Made by a program: the position numbers and the translations under genes
Part shown: positions 37,624 through 46,928 of the stretch, piece by piece
Layout of the letters: the number at the start of each line of letters is the position of its first letter
How positions within the stretch are numbered: position 1 is the first letter of the stretch
Notes under the pieces: generated by a model
Seen by the model: the letters and a program-made list of their open reading frames with translations, nothing else
Database searches by the model: none
Told to the model about the DNA's origin: nothing
NCBI GenBank assembly: GCA_963555985.3
Contig: OY820591.1
Span: 2,176,001 to 2,240,000 of the forward strand
Direction: 5' to 3'
Length of the DNA: 64,000 nucleotides
From: Dehalococcoidia bacterium
GTDB lineage: Bacteria; Chloroflexota; Dehalococcoidia; Bin125

Positions 37624-37660
37624 TCGCGACGGCGGATTCACCGCCAAGAGCGGCGATTCG

Positions 37661-37858
37661 TTACGGCTTGCAGCCCAATGCGAGCAATTCCTTCCGCAGG
37701 TCGTTTATCTGATCGTAAATTTCGCGCAACTCCGGGTTCCCCGGACCAAGCGGCCCATCTCCCGGACCGGGCGACAGGCGGCCAGGCAAGTCGTCGGCGA
37801 GCTTGTTCAGACGCGCGCGTTCCGCGCGGATCTCTGCACAACGATCCGAATCAGCCAT
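37661..37858 (-). CDS. Hypothetical 65-aa helical-hairpin protein
   Basis: GAGGAG RBS; two amphipathic helices around a G/P loop, one Cys near each end. Confidence 0.55.
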   Translation of the reverse strand: MADSDRCAEIRAERARLNKLADDLPGRLSPGPGDGPLGPGNPELREIYDQINDLRKELLALGCKP

Positions 37859-38144
37859 CGTTCTTGCTCCTCAGTCGGTGAGCGCGATCGAGCGCTTCGG
37901 CTTCCAAACGGGTGAGGGCTGGTCTGGCACGGAGGCGAATCCCAATCGACTCCGCCTCGTGCACGACCCGGAACCAGGAAAGATCGTCGGGCGCTTCGAC
38001 GGTGAGCGCCAGTTCGGCGCCGTCGAGCTGAAGCGCCTGCACGAGCTGCCCTCCCGTGCGCTGGATCGATGTCTCCAGCGCGTGCAGCGCCTCATCCAGG
38101 CCGCGCGCGCCGTCCCATTCCCCATGTGCGAGCCAGAGCGCCAT
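37851..38144 (-). CDS. Hypothetical protein (possibly GYD/ferredoxin-fold-like)
   Basis: MALWLAHGEW..GGQLV..LTVEAPDD; overlaps next ORF. Confidence 0.5.
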   Translation of the reverse strand: MALWLAHGEWDGARGLDEALHALETSIQRTGGQLVQALQLDGAELALTVEAPDDLSWFRVVHEAESIGIRLRARPALTRLEAEALDRAHRLRSKNDG

Positions 38145-38219
38145 GAGTCGTACGATAGCCGTGATTGTCCAACAGAGACGAGGCGGCGTTCGCCGATCAA
38201 GCCCCGCGAGGAGCACGAT

Positions 38220-39110
38220 ATGGAACGAATCGGATTTATCGGGCTGGGCATCATGGGAGTGCCGATGGTGGCCAACCTACTCCAGGCCGGCTACGGCGTC
38301 ACGGTGTGGAATCGCTCAGCAGGTGGAACCAATGCTTGCAGCGAAATGGGCGCCGCGGCAGGCGCGAGCCCGCGGGCAGTCGCTGAGGCAGCGGACATCC
38401 TGATCACAATCGTGACCGATTCACCAGATGTCCAGCAGGTGTTGATCGACCACCCGGATGCGGCAATTCACGGTCTCGCACCCGGATCGGTCGTGATCGA
38501 CATGTCGACGATTAGTCCCGTCGTCACACGGGAGATCGCCGCGCGACTTGCGGAGCGGGGAGTGGCGATGCTGGACGCGCCGGTGTCAGGCGGAGACAGC
38601 GGGGCAAAGGCGGGGACGCTCTCGATCATGATCGGCGGGGAGGCGGAGGTATTGGATCGCTGCCGGCCGGTGCTGGAGGCGATGGGGCAGACGATCACGC
38701 ACTGCGGCCCAAATGGGGCCGGACAGACGGTCAAGCTCTGCAATCAGGTCGCGATCGCAGGGGCGCTGCTGGGTGTCTGCGAAGCGCTGGCGTTGGCGCA
38801 GAAGTCAGAGGTCGACCCGGAGCGAATGCTGGCGGCGATCTCGGCCGGCGCGGCTGGCTCGTGGCAGCTCTCGAACCTTGGGCCGAAGATCGCCGAGCGC
38901 GATTTCGCGCCTGGTTTCATGATCCGGCTGATGCAGAAGGATCTGCGGCTGGCGCTCGAGGCAGCGGCCGATGTGCTCCAACCGCTGCCGAATACGTCGT
39001 TGGTGCAGCAGCTCTACTACCAGTTACAGGCGCAGGGGGCTGGGGGTGACGGTACGCAGGCGCTGGCTCGAGTGATTGAGAGTCTGGGGGAAACGACGAT
39101 CGGGGAGTAG
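38220..39110 (+). CDS. Beta-hydroxyacid dehydrogenase (tartronate semialdehyde reductase-like)
   Basis: GFIGLGIMG, DMSTISP, DAPVSGG, KLCNQ, MQKDL. Confidence 0.93.
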   Translation: MERIGFIGLGIMGVPMVANLLQAGYGVTVWNRSAGGTNACSEMGAAAGASPRAVAEAADILITIVTDSPDVQQVLIDHPDAAIHGLAPGSVVIDMSTISPVVTREIAARLAERGVAMLDAPVSGGDSGAKAGTLSIMIGGEAEVLDRCRPVLEAMGQTITHCGPNGAGQTVKLCNQVAIAGALLGVCEALALAQKSEVDPERMLAAISAGAAGSWQLSNLGPKIAERDFAPGFMIRLMQKDLRLALEAAADVLQPLPNTSLVQQLYYQLQAQGAGGDGTQALARVIESLGETTIGE

Positions 39111-39137
39111 GCACTAGTCAGCGCGGGGCAAGCCTGA

Positions 39138-39187
39138 CCCCCCTCTGTCCCTACGGGACATCTCCCCCCGCGGTGCGGGGGGAGAGA
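39138..39187. repeat. CCCCCTCTG-type REP-like palindrome
   Basis: CCCCCCTCTGTCCCTACGGGACATCTCCCCCCGCGGTGCGGGGGGAGAG between convergent genes. Confidence 0.75.
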
Positions 39188-39214
39188 TGGATGCGTTGCC
39201 CTCTCGGCGGACTG

Positions 39215-39658
39215 CTAGTGCGAGTGCATCTCGCCGATGGCTTCGTCGGCGTGGGTGAGGCGCTCGGCCACGTGCTGGAGCATCGCCCAGAGGACTTCCT
39301 TGTTCGACTGCTCCTGGAAGGTCTGGCGCAGAATGGTCATGCACTCGGTGGCTTCGCTGGCGACGATCGTGGCGCTGCGGGGGCGTCCGAGCAGGAGCGC
39401 CATTTCGCCGAAGAAGTCGCCCTCGCCGAAGCTGGCAAGTTGCTGCTGGTGCTCGGCGTCGCCGTAGGCCTGGTAGACGTCGACTGCGCCCGAGCGAATG
39501 ATGTAGAGCGCGGTGCCGAGTTCGCCCTCGCGCTGGATCACCTGTCCGGCGTTGTAGTTGTTCAGCTGCACCCAGCCAGCGATCTCGTGCAGGGCGTCAC
39601 GGTCGACGCGCGAGAACAGGTCGGTTCCGGCGAGCATGTCTTCGATGGATTGCGGCAT
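39215..39658 (-). CDS. Stand-alone cyclic nucleotide-binding domain protein
   Basis: LYIIRSGAV, FFGEMALL..PRSATI. Confidence 0.9.
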   Translation of the reverse strand: MPQSIEDMLAGTDLFSRVDRDALHEIAGWVQLNNYNAGQVIQREGELGTALYIIRSGAVDVYQAYGDAEHQQQLASFGEGDFFGEMALLLGRPRSATIVASEATECMTILRQTFQEQSNKEVLWAMLQHVAERLTHADEAIGEMHSH

Positions 39659-39835
39659 GATGTCCTCCGTAGCTAGCGCCGTGCATTCTACGGCTGTGGT
39701 CAGAGTAGGGAGTTGCGGTTGGAGAGGGCAATCGGAAGACAGATGTGGACAGAACGGATGTTACGCGGGATGCGCAGCAAGGGGCACATTGGCAACACTG
39801 CGCACAGATCGATGCGGATGGCTGTGAATCCAGTG

Positions 39836-41134
39836 TTAACCAGCGAGCTCGTCGCGGAAGTCGGGGTGCGCAACTGTGCGCAGCGCTTCCGCCCGAGCGC
39901 CGAGACTGCGGCCCGCGAGCGCAGCCTCGCCGTACTCCGTGATCACGCGATCGGCGAGTGTGCGGGGGGTAGTGACTACTGCATCCGGATCGAGTTTGCG
40001 CACAATCCGTGACACTCGTCCGCGGGCTGCGGTCGCCGGCATCGCTACTACCGAGATTCCGCCGTTCAGGATCGCACCGGCGGCAAAGTCTGGTTGTCCG
40101 CCGGGTCCCGAAATCTGGCGGCCGCGCAACGACTCGGCATTGATCGTCCCATCGAGCGCGACCTGCACTGCGGAGTTGATTCCAACGAAGTTGGTTTGCC
40201 GCGCCAGGACTTCGAGTGAATGCGTGTAGCCGGCGGGGGCCATGCAGACAGCCGGATTGCGATCGATCCAGTGGAAGAAGGCCGCGCTACCGGCGGCTTC
40301 GGTAGTGATGATCAGCTCGGGCGCGGTTCCTTTGTTCACGCCGGTCAGCGCGCCGCTCTCAACGAGGTCCTTCACGCCGTCCGAGATCAAGCCGGAGTGA
40401 ATTCCAAGATCGCGCCGGTCTCCGAGCATCCCCATGATCGCCTCAGGTACCCCGCCGATGCCGAACTGGAGTGTCGCGCCGTTCGTCACGAGTTGGGCGA
40501 CTGCCGCCGCAATCTCGCGCTCGGTTGGTCCCGGTTCGGCGCGGCGCAGCTCGAGCACCTCGCTTTCGAGCGGCACGAGCCAATCGAATTCCTCGCGGCG
40601 GAGCTCAGATGCGCCAAATGTGTAGGGGAGATTCGGATTCACCTGCGCGATCACCAGCGGGGCCGTTCGCACCACATCAACGATCCCGCCGACTGAGGTT
40701 CCCAGCGAATACAGACCCTCGGGGCTCGGTTCCGAGACCTGGATCAGGATCGCGTCGGCCGGCAGCGGCCCGTCCTGACGAAACAGTGTGGGTACCTGGG
40801 CATACGTGGCCGGAATGTGCTCCAGTGCGCCGGCGGCTTCCACCTCGCGCAGCGGGCCGCTGGTCTGATACGTCAAAAAGCGAAACGGCTGGTGGGGATG
40901 GTCTAGCGGGGGTAGATGTGCAAAGAGATTGCCGGTGGCTATTTCGATGTCGGTCCAGCCGGTGCGCAGGTCGTCGAGCGCGGCTAGTAGTCCGACGGGG
41001 GTCGCGGACATGGGCGGAACTACGACGCGGGCACCATCGGGGATCTGGCGCAGGGCCTGCTCGGCCCTGCTCTCACGGGTTGCTCGTGTGGCTGACCGAG
41101 GCGGGAGGTAAGCGTCGAATTCCATCGTCGTCAT
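39836..41134 (-). CDS. Acetyl-CoA hydrolase/4-hydroxybutyrate CoA-transferase family
   Basis: TLQFGIGGVP, LGIHS, INSAVQV, SGPGGQPDF, ITEYG, AHPDFR. Confidence 0.9.
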   Translation of the reverse strand: MTTMEFDAYLPPRSATRATRESRAEQALRQIPDGARVVVPPMSATPVGLLAALDDLRTGWTDIEIATGNLFAHLPPLDHPHQPFRFLTYQTSGPLREVEAAGALEHIPATYAQVPTLFRQDGPLPADAILIQVSEPSPEGLYSLGTSVGGIVDVVRTAPLVIAQVNPNLPYTFGASELRREEFDWLVPLESEVLELRRAEPGPTEREIAAAVAQLVTNGATLQFGIGGVPEAIMGMLGDRRDLGIHSGLISDGVKDLVESGALTGVNKGTAPELIITTEAAGSAAFFHWIDRNPAVCMAPAGYTHSLEVLARQTNFVGINSAVQVALDGTINAESLRGRQISGPGGQPDFAAGAILNGGISVVAMPATAARGRVSRIVRKLDPDAVVTTPRTLADRVITEYGEAALAGRSLGARAEALRTVAHPDFRDELAG

Positions 41135-41225
41135 GCAGTGCGCCCTCGATTTGGCCTCGTTGCTCGGATACGAACGCGCCGCCACCTCGCGGTGACGGCG
41201 CGTCTGAGTTGGTTGGTCGGAGGAC

Positions 41226-42341
41226 CTATGGCTGCGAGATGTCCAGCACGCCGCGGGCGACTTCGCCGGCTTGCATGGCGGCGAAGGCCTCGTTGATCTG
41301 GCCCAGCTCGAAGCGCTTGGAGACCAGGCCGGTGAGGTCGAGCTTGCCCTGGCGGTAGAGGTCGAGCAGCTTCGGCATGTGCTCGCGGAAGCGGGTGCTG
41401 CCGTACATGCAGCCGATCGCCTTCTTCTCTTGCAGGAACTCGGGGCCGGGGAGGCTCACCTCGGAGCCGAGCGGCATCATGCCGACGATGCAGGCGGTGC
41501 CGCCGGGGCGAACCATGTCCCAGGCCTGGCGGGCGGCATTGACGTTGCCAATGGCCTCGAATGCGATCTCCACGCCCATGCCCTCGGTCATCTCTTTGAC
41601 CGCCTCGACTGCATCGACCTCGGTCGCGTTGATGCGGTCGGTCGCGCCGAACTGCTCGGCGAAGTCGAGCTTGTTGTCGAGGATGTCGACCGCGATGATC
41701 CGGCTCGCGCCGGCGATCCGGCAGCCCTGGATCACATTGAGGCCAACCCCGCCGCAGCCGATCACGGCAACGATCGAGCCGCCCGGCACCTTGGCGGTGT
41801 AGAGCGCGGCGCCGACGCCAGTCATCACGCCGCAGCCGACCAACGCAGCCTCAGCCGGGGGCACGTCCTCGGGAATCTTGAGGACACCGGCCTGGGTGGT
41901 GAGCATGTACTCGCTGAAGGAGCCGACCGAGGCCATCTGCATGACCGGGCGGCCGTCCCAACTCAGGCGGCTCATCGAGAGTTGGGTGTCGTTGGGCGCG
42001 GGGCAGAGATTCGGTTCGCCACGCAGACACCAGTAGCAGTCTCCGCAGAAGGGGCGGAAGGACATGATCACGTGGTCGCCGGGCGCCACATAAGTCACGT
42101 CGGAACCGACCTCTTCGACCACACCGGCGGCCTCGTGGCCGAGGATGGTCGGGCGGCCACCGAACGCTGCGCCCCACTTGCCGTCGATGAAGTGCAGGTC
42201 GGAGTGGCAGACGCCGCTGGTCGTGGTGCGGACGAGCACCTCAGAGGGCTGGGGGTCGCGGACCTGAACGTCGTGGACTTCGAGTACGTCGCGGTCACCG
42301 TCTTTCGTTTGCGCTCCGGGTTCCCAGATGGCGGCTTTCAT
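41226..42341 (-). CDS. Zn-dependent alcohol dehydrogenase (class III-like)
   Basis: GVCHSD, GHEAAG, CGDCYWC..C, GCGVMTG, GCGGVG. Confidence 0.95.
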   Translation of the reverse strand: MKAAIWEPGAQTKDGDRDVLEVHDVQVRDPQPSEVLVRTTTSGVCHSDLHFIDGKWGAAFGGRPTILGHEAAGVVEEVGSDVTYVAPGDHVIMSFRPFCGDCYWCLRGEPNLCPAPNDTQLSMSRLSWDGRPVMQMASVGSFSEYMLTTQAGVLKIPEDVPPAEAALVGCGVMTGVGAALYTAKVPGGSIVAVIGCGGVGLNVIQGCRIAGASRIIAVDILDNKLDFAEQFGATDRINATEVDAVEAVKEMTEGMGVEIAFEAIGNVNAARQAWDMVRPGGTACIVGMMPLGSEVSLPGPEFLQEKKAIGCMYGSTRFREHMPKLLDLYRQGKLDLTGLVSKRFELGQINEAFAAMQAGEVARGVLDISQP

Positions 42342-42469
42342 CGCAGTTCCTTCCCAGGTTCTGGCAGTGATTGCTCCAGCCGCAGGGTTGGGCGGCTGCT
42401 GCGGCAAATGGTAGGTGAGCGTCTGGCAGGAGACAACCGAATCGGCCCGTCAACGAGGTCGCCAGCGGG

Positions 42470-42740
42470 GGATTGCAGGCGATCGGTTGATTTTTCAAGC
42501 GGAGCGGGGCCGTTCGCGGTCGGGGGCAGCGAATGGTGAGCGAGGTAGTCCGAGATAGTCCAGATTTGTCCAGGTTTATGCGGATTCTGCTGAATTTCGG
42601 GCGGAAATGACAGTGAGCATGCGGCTTTGTCCAAGCGTGTCCAGGTTGTGGGTGAGTAGCCATTTCGGGCACCGCGTGACGGCTGGGACGATGCGGGATG
42701 AAGCGATCGTATACGGACAGATGTACTGTGATGGGTCTAG
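42470..42740 (-). other. SOS-box plus 10-bp phased repeat element (copy C, no TIRs seen)
   Basis: AGTACATCTGTCCG (42714-42727) 2 nt before TACGAT; CCTGGACAAA-TCTGGACTAT-CTCGGACTAC arrays. Confidence 0.6.
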
Positions 42741-42773
42741 ATTGAGGCGGGTGTTGCGGAGGCGACAATCCGC

Positions 42774-43115
42774 TCAGGTGGGCGGCAGCAAGCCGAAGAA
42801 CCGCCGCTTCTTGGGAGGTTCCTTGCGGCGGGGGACGCGAGCCGCACCGGCCTGCACAAGTTCGGCCATGCCGCGGGCGCTCCAGCGATCTCCGGCGAGC
42901 CATTGGGCGAGTTGCTGATCGGCGCGGCTGACGGCGGGGGCGAAACGTCCGTCGTGCAGCCGCTCCAGCCGACGCACGAAGCGGTAGACCTTGAGGGAGG
43001 TCCAGACGACGAACAGGAGGAAGGCGAAGGCGGCGACGGCGGCGGCGATCCCGGCGAGGATGAGCACGGCGTCGCGGAGTTCGGCAAGGTCGCGGAAGAC
43101 GGCCAACTCGGTCAT
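42774..43115 (-). CDS. Hypothetical membrane protein
   Basis: One TM segment and basic C-terminus. Confidence 0.65.
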   Translation of the reverse strand: MTELAVFRDLAELRDAVLILAGIAAAVAAFAFLLFVVWTSLKVYRFVRRLERLHDGRFAPAVSRADQQLAQWLAGDRWSARGMAELVQAGAARVPRRKEPPKKRRFFGLLPPT

Positions 43116-43143
43116 CGGCTACCCTGACGGCGGAGGCGGAATC

Positions 43144-43254
43144 ATGCCCAAGCGCGGCCCGACTGAGATGCTCATCCTATTCCAATTGGCGTTGGGGGCG
43201 GCGTTTGCGGGGATGCTCGTGTGGACGGTGCTGGCCTGGGCGGGTGCGTTCTAG
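43144..43254 (+). CDS. Small single-TM protein
   Basis: GGAGG RBS; MPKRGPTEMLILFQLALGAAFAGMLVWTVLAWAGAF. Confidence 0.5.
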   Translation: MPKRGPTEMLILFQLALGAAFAGMLVWTVLAWAGAF

Positions 43255-43292
43255 GGGGTCCAAGCCACCTCAGCTCGAACCACCAAAGCAAC

Positions 43293-43393
43293 TTCGTCAT
43301 ACCCGCGCTTGTCGCGGGTATCTCGCCGAGTCGGGTACGAGCGTCAATACCGCGCACAGCGAGATTGCCGCGGCGGAGCGCGGCAATGACGGA
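43293..43393. repeat. GTCAT-type REP doublet
   Basis: CGTCATACCCGCGCTTGTCGCGGGTATCTC...GAGATTGCCGCGGCGGAGCGCGGCAATGACGG. Confidence 0.8.
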
Positions 43394-43437
43394 GCGGGTG
43401 GATGCGAGTGTGGCGGTGCGGAAAGTGTGAACGTGAC

Positions 43438-44604
43438 CTAGCTGAAATAGCGGCCCTGGATGTTTCGGGCGATGACCATTCGCTGGATTTGGTTTGCGCC
43501 CTCGAAGATCTGGAAGATCTTGGCGTCTCGCATCCACTTTTCGAGGGGGAGGTCTTTCATAAAGCCCACGCCTCCGCAGACCTGGACGGCATCGGTGGTG
43601 ATCTTCATTGCCGCGTCTGAGGCGAATGTCTTCGCCTTGCTGGCTTCCTCAAGGTTGAAGGGTTCTCCGGCGGCGGCCATTTCGCCGGCTCGCCAGGTGA
43701 GCAGACGGGCGGCGTCGATGGCGATGTCCATGTCGGCGAGCATGAAGCCGACGCCCTGGTGCTCGATCAGGGGACGGCTCATGGTCTTGCGCTCGCGGGC
43801 GTAGTCGGCGGCGTATTCGAAGGCGGCGCGAGCGAGGCCGACGGCGAACGCGCCGATCCAGGGGCGCGTGGCGGCCAGCGTTCCCAGCGCTCCGCGACCG
43901 CCGGAGCGGAAGTCGGGATCGGGATCGCCGAGGCGGTTTTCGAGCGGAATGCGAACATCGTCGAAGGCGAGATCCGCGGTGTGGGAAGCGCGAATACCCA
44001 TCTTGTCCCACTTCTTGATCTGGCTGAATCCGGGCGCGTCGTTGGGGACGACGAAGGCGGAAACATCGCGCCAACCCTCGGAGTCCGACTCGCGCGCGAA
44101 GACGACGGTGAGGTCGGCGATGCCGCCACCGGTGATGAAGCGCTTGGTTCCGTTGATGACGTATTCGTCGCCGTCGCGGACGGCGCGCGTCTTGATCATG
44201 CCCGCGTCGGAGCCGGCGTCAGGTTCGGTCAGCGCGAGTGCGCCCAGGCGCAGCTTGCCGTCCTCGGAGGTGCATTCGGGGAGCCAGCGGTCGGCCTGCT
44301 CGGGCGTGCCGATCACCGAGATCGCAGTTGCGGCCAGACCGCTCACCTGCGTTCCCAATGCAATACCCGCGCAACCCCAGGACAGCTCTTCCGCCGTGAT
44401 CATCGCGGTGATGCCCGGTTCGGCCGCCTGACCTCCGAGGGCGACGCCGGTGAGTCCGATCTCGGCCGCTTTCTCGGCGACGTCCCAGGCGTACTCGTTG
44501 CGTTCGTCGTACTCCATCGCCACCGGGCGCACCTCGTTGGCTGCGAACTCGTGCGCGGTGCGCTGCACCATGCGGTCGGCTTCGGTCAGTGAGAAGTCGG
44601 TCAT
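43438..44604 (-). CDS. Acyl-CoA dehydrogenase
   Basis: ALTEPDAGSD, NGTKRFITGG, KMGIRAS, RDAKIFQIFEGANQIQR. Confidence 0.95.
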   Translation of the reverse strand: MTDFSLTEADRMVQRTAHEFAANEVRPVAMEYDERNEYAWDVAEKAAEIGLTGVALGGQAAEPGITAMITAEELSWGCAGIALGTQVSGLAATAISVIGTPEQADRWLPECTSEDGKLRLGALALTEPDAGSDAGMIKTRAVRDGDEYVINGTKRFITGGGIADLTVVFARESDSEGWRDVSAFVVPNDAPGFSQIKKWDKMGIRASHTADLAFDDVRIPLENRLGDPDPDFRSGGRGALGTLAATRPWIGAFAVGLARAAFEYAADYARERKTMSRPLIEHQGVGFMLADMDIAIDAARLLTWRAGEMAAAGEPFNLEEASKAKTFASDAAMKITTDAVQVCGGVGFMKDLPLEKWMRDAKIFQIFEGANQIQRMVIARNIQGRYFS

Positions 44605-44876
44605 CGTCGTGATCGCCTTGCGTGAATCTGCCGGACGGGATGGGTTGAGGATACGTCCGGCGTCGGTGAGCGCTGTTGCAGAGGAGGCAGACGATTGAGC
44701 AGCCGCGCAGTGGCGAAGGCGATCTCGTCGATCGCCTGCTCAAACGCCGCTTCGTTCTTCGCTGAGGGACGCTGCATACCGCTCACCTTGCGCACGTATT
44801 GCCGCGCGGCCTCGGCGATCTCGACGGCGCCGGCGGAACCTTCCGGTTGGCGTAGACGCTTGATTGAGCGGCACAT
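44601..44876 (-). CDS. DUF2277 family protein
   Basis: MCRSIKRL..AARQYVRKVSG..PS..NEAAF. Confidence 0.85.
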   Translation of the reverse strand: MCRSIKRLRQPEGSAGAVEIAEAARQYVRKVSGMQRPSAKNEAAFEQAIDEIAFATARLLNRLPPLQQRSPTPDVSSTHPVRQIHARRSRR

Positions 44877-44885
44877 CAGTTGGAG

Positions 44886-44985
44886 CCCTCACCCTATCCC
44901 TCTCCCTCAGGGAGAGGGGATTTCTGGCCCTCACCCTAACCCCCCGCATCAGGTGCGGGGCAGGCTCTCTCCCAGAGGGCGCGGA
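44886..44985. repeat. Two CCCTCACCC-type REP-like palindromes
   Basis: CCCTCACCCTATCCCTCTCCCTCAGGGAGAGGG and a second copy interrupted by CCCCGCATCAGGTGCGGGGCAGGCT. Confidence 0.75.
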
Positions 44986-45008
44986 AATTGACTCTCGGAG
45001 AAGAGAGC

Positions 45009-45866
45009 TTAGAAGCCAGTGAACTTGGGTTCGCGGCGTTCGCGGAAGGACATGCCGCCTTCGATTCTGTCGAAGGAGCCGGTCACCAGCGGCAGCACGC
45101 CGCCGGAGAGTTCGAGGGCGGATTCGTAGTCGAGGTAGGCGGTGCGATAGGCCATCAATTTGCCGACCTTCTGGCCGACTGGGGGACCGTTCTCGACCTC
45201 CTGGGCGAATTCGAGCAGCTTCTCGCGGAACTCTTCCGGCTCGAACAGGTAGTTGCTGAGGCCAGCTTCGTGGCCCTCCTGCGCCGACATAAAGCGACCG
45301 GTGAACATCATCTCCATGGCCTTGCGCCAGCCGATGATCTTGGGGATCGCCCAGAAACCGCCGAGGTCGGCGTAGAGGCCGCGCTTGACGTATGCGACCT
45401 GGTAGCGGGCGTTGGTCGAGGCGACGAGCAGGTCGCAGAGGCAGGCCATGTCGAATCCGGCGCCGACGCAGGGGCCGTTCACGCCGGCGATGACGGGGAT
45501 GTCGAGGCGGCGGAGTTCGGCAAAGGTCTTAGTCTCGTAGCGGAAGTTGAGGCGCTGGCCTTCGTTGTCGGTGTAGTTCGGGGAGTCGGGCGCACCCAAG
45601 AGCGGGTCGGGGTTGTCGTCCCAGAAGTCGGTGCCTCGTCCGTCTCCGCCGCCTCCAGCGTCCATGCCGGCGCAGAAGCCGCGGCCCTTGCCGGTGATCA
45701 CGAGCACGCGCGCGGTGCGGTCCATGCGGATCCTGGTGAGCGCGTCGTACATCTCGGCGAGCAATGGGAACGTGAGCGCGTTCAGCTTCTCCGGCCGGTT
45801 TAGCTCCAGCCAGATGATGCCGTCCTGGTTTCCCGTGCGTTCGACGGTGATCAACTCGTAGCTCAT
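45009..45866 (-). CDS. Enoyl-CoA hydratase/isomerase family protein
   Basis: LNRPEKLNAL, GKGRGFCAGMD, VNGPCVGAG. Confidence 0.92.
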   Translation of the reverse strand: MSYELITVERTGNQDGIIWLELNRPEKLNALTFPLLAEMYDALTRIRMDRTARVLVITGKGRGFCAGMDAGGGGDGRGTDFWDDNPDPLLGAPDSPNYTDNEGQRLNFRYETKTFAELRRLDIPVIAGVNGPCVGAGFDMACLCDLLVASTNARYQVAYVKRGLYADLGGFWAIPKIIGWRKAMEMMFTGRFMSAQEGHEAGLSNYLFEPEEFREKLLEFAQEVENGPPVGQKVGKLMAYRTAYLDYESALELSGGVLPLVTGSFDRIEGGMSFRERREPKFTGF

Positions 45867-45885
45867 CGTGATCTCCTCTTGCCCT

Positions 45886-46893
45886 TTAGGTCAGGCGGGG
45901 CATGACGTCGTTGGTAAAGCGGAGGAAGGAGTCGTGGCTGAAGGGGGCGCACATCAGATAGTCGAGGCCGATGGTCTCCTGCAGTTCGAGCACCTTGTCG
46001 GCGACTTTGCTGGCGGAACCGTGGATCACGACCTCGTTCGCGTAGCGGTCGATCCGGGCGTCGTCGGAGAGTTGCCGAATTGGGCTCGAATTGCCGCTGA
46101 CCTTCTCGTTGGCGTAGGAGCCGATCGTCCACTGAGCGCCGTTGCGCGCAATCTGCTCTGCCTCCGCGTCGGTCTCGGCGACCGCGATCAGGCGCGCCAT
46201 CGGCATGACGCGGTTCTCGGTGTTGTGGCCATGCTTGCGCAGGCCCTCGAAGTAACTCCGGCGTTGCTCGCCGAGCTCCGCGGTCGTCGTGTGCGGCCCG
46301 AGCAGGATCGAATAGCCCTGCTTCGCCGCCCAGCCAATCGCATCGGGACCGCCGGCTGCCACCCAGAACGGCGGCGTCGGCTGTTGGTAGGGCTTGGGCA
46401 GGACTTCGATCTCGTCGAAGTCGTAGTAGTTGCCGTGCCAAGTGATCCGTTCCTGGCGCCAGGCCTCAAGCACGACCTGCACCGACTCGCGAAAACGTGG
46501 ATACGATTCCTCGATATCCACGCCAAAGGCGCGAAACTCAGTCCGGTCGAAACCGCGCCCCGCGCCCCAGTTCACCCGTCCCCCGGAGAGGATGTCGAGC
46601 AGAGCGACTTCCTCTGCGATTCGCAGCGGGTGGTAGAAGGCCGCCAGCGTGACCGCCGTGCCGATTCGCAGCCGCTCCGTCCGCCCTGCCACGTGCATCC
46701 CCATCAGATGCACGGAGGGACAGACGGAGTAGGTGGAGAAATGATGCTCGGCCAGCCAAACACAGTCGTAGCCGGTCTCCTCCATGATGTCGATCCGGTT
46801 GAGCGCACGCTCGTAGACGGTAGGGAGGGGTACGCGGCGTCCGGGCCAGGAGAAGAATTGGAGGACGCCGAATTTGAGAGGAGTGTTGCTCAT
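45886..46893 (-). CDS. LLM-class flavin-dependent oxidoreductase
   Basis: WLAEHHF, HPLRIAEE..LDILSGGR..GAGRG; TACGCT -10 element 6 nt before ATG 46893. Confidence 0.92.
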   Translation of the reverse strand: MSNTPLKFGVLQFFSWPGRRVPLPTVYERALNRIDIMEETGYDCVWLAEHHFSTYSVCPSVHLMGMHVAGRTERLRIGTAVTLAAFYHPLRIAEEVALLDILSGGRVNWGAGRGFDRTEFRAFGVDIEESYPRFRESVQVVLEAWRQERITWHGNYYDFDEIEVLPKPYQQPTPPFWVAAGGPDAIGWAAKQGYSILLGPHTTTAELGEQRRSYFEGLRKHGHNTENRVMPMARLIAVAETDAEAEQIARNGAQWTIGSYANEKVSGNSSPIRQLSDDARIDRYANEVVIHGSASKVADKVLELQETIGLDYLMCAPFSHDSFLRFTNDVMPRLT

Positions 46894-46928
46894 GCGCGTA
46901 GCGTAACCGCCCACCGCCGGCTGGCCGA

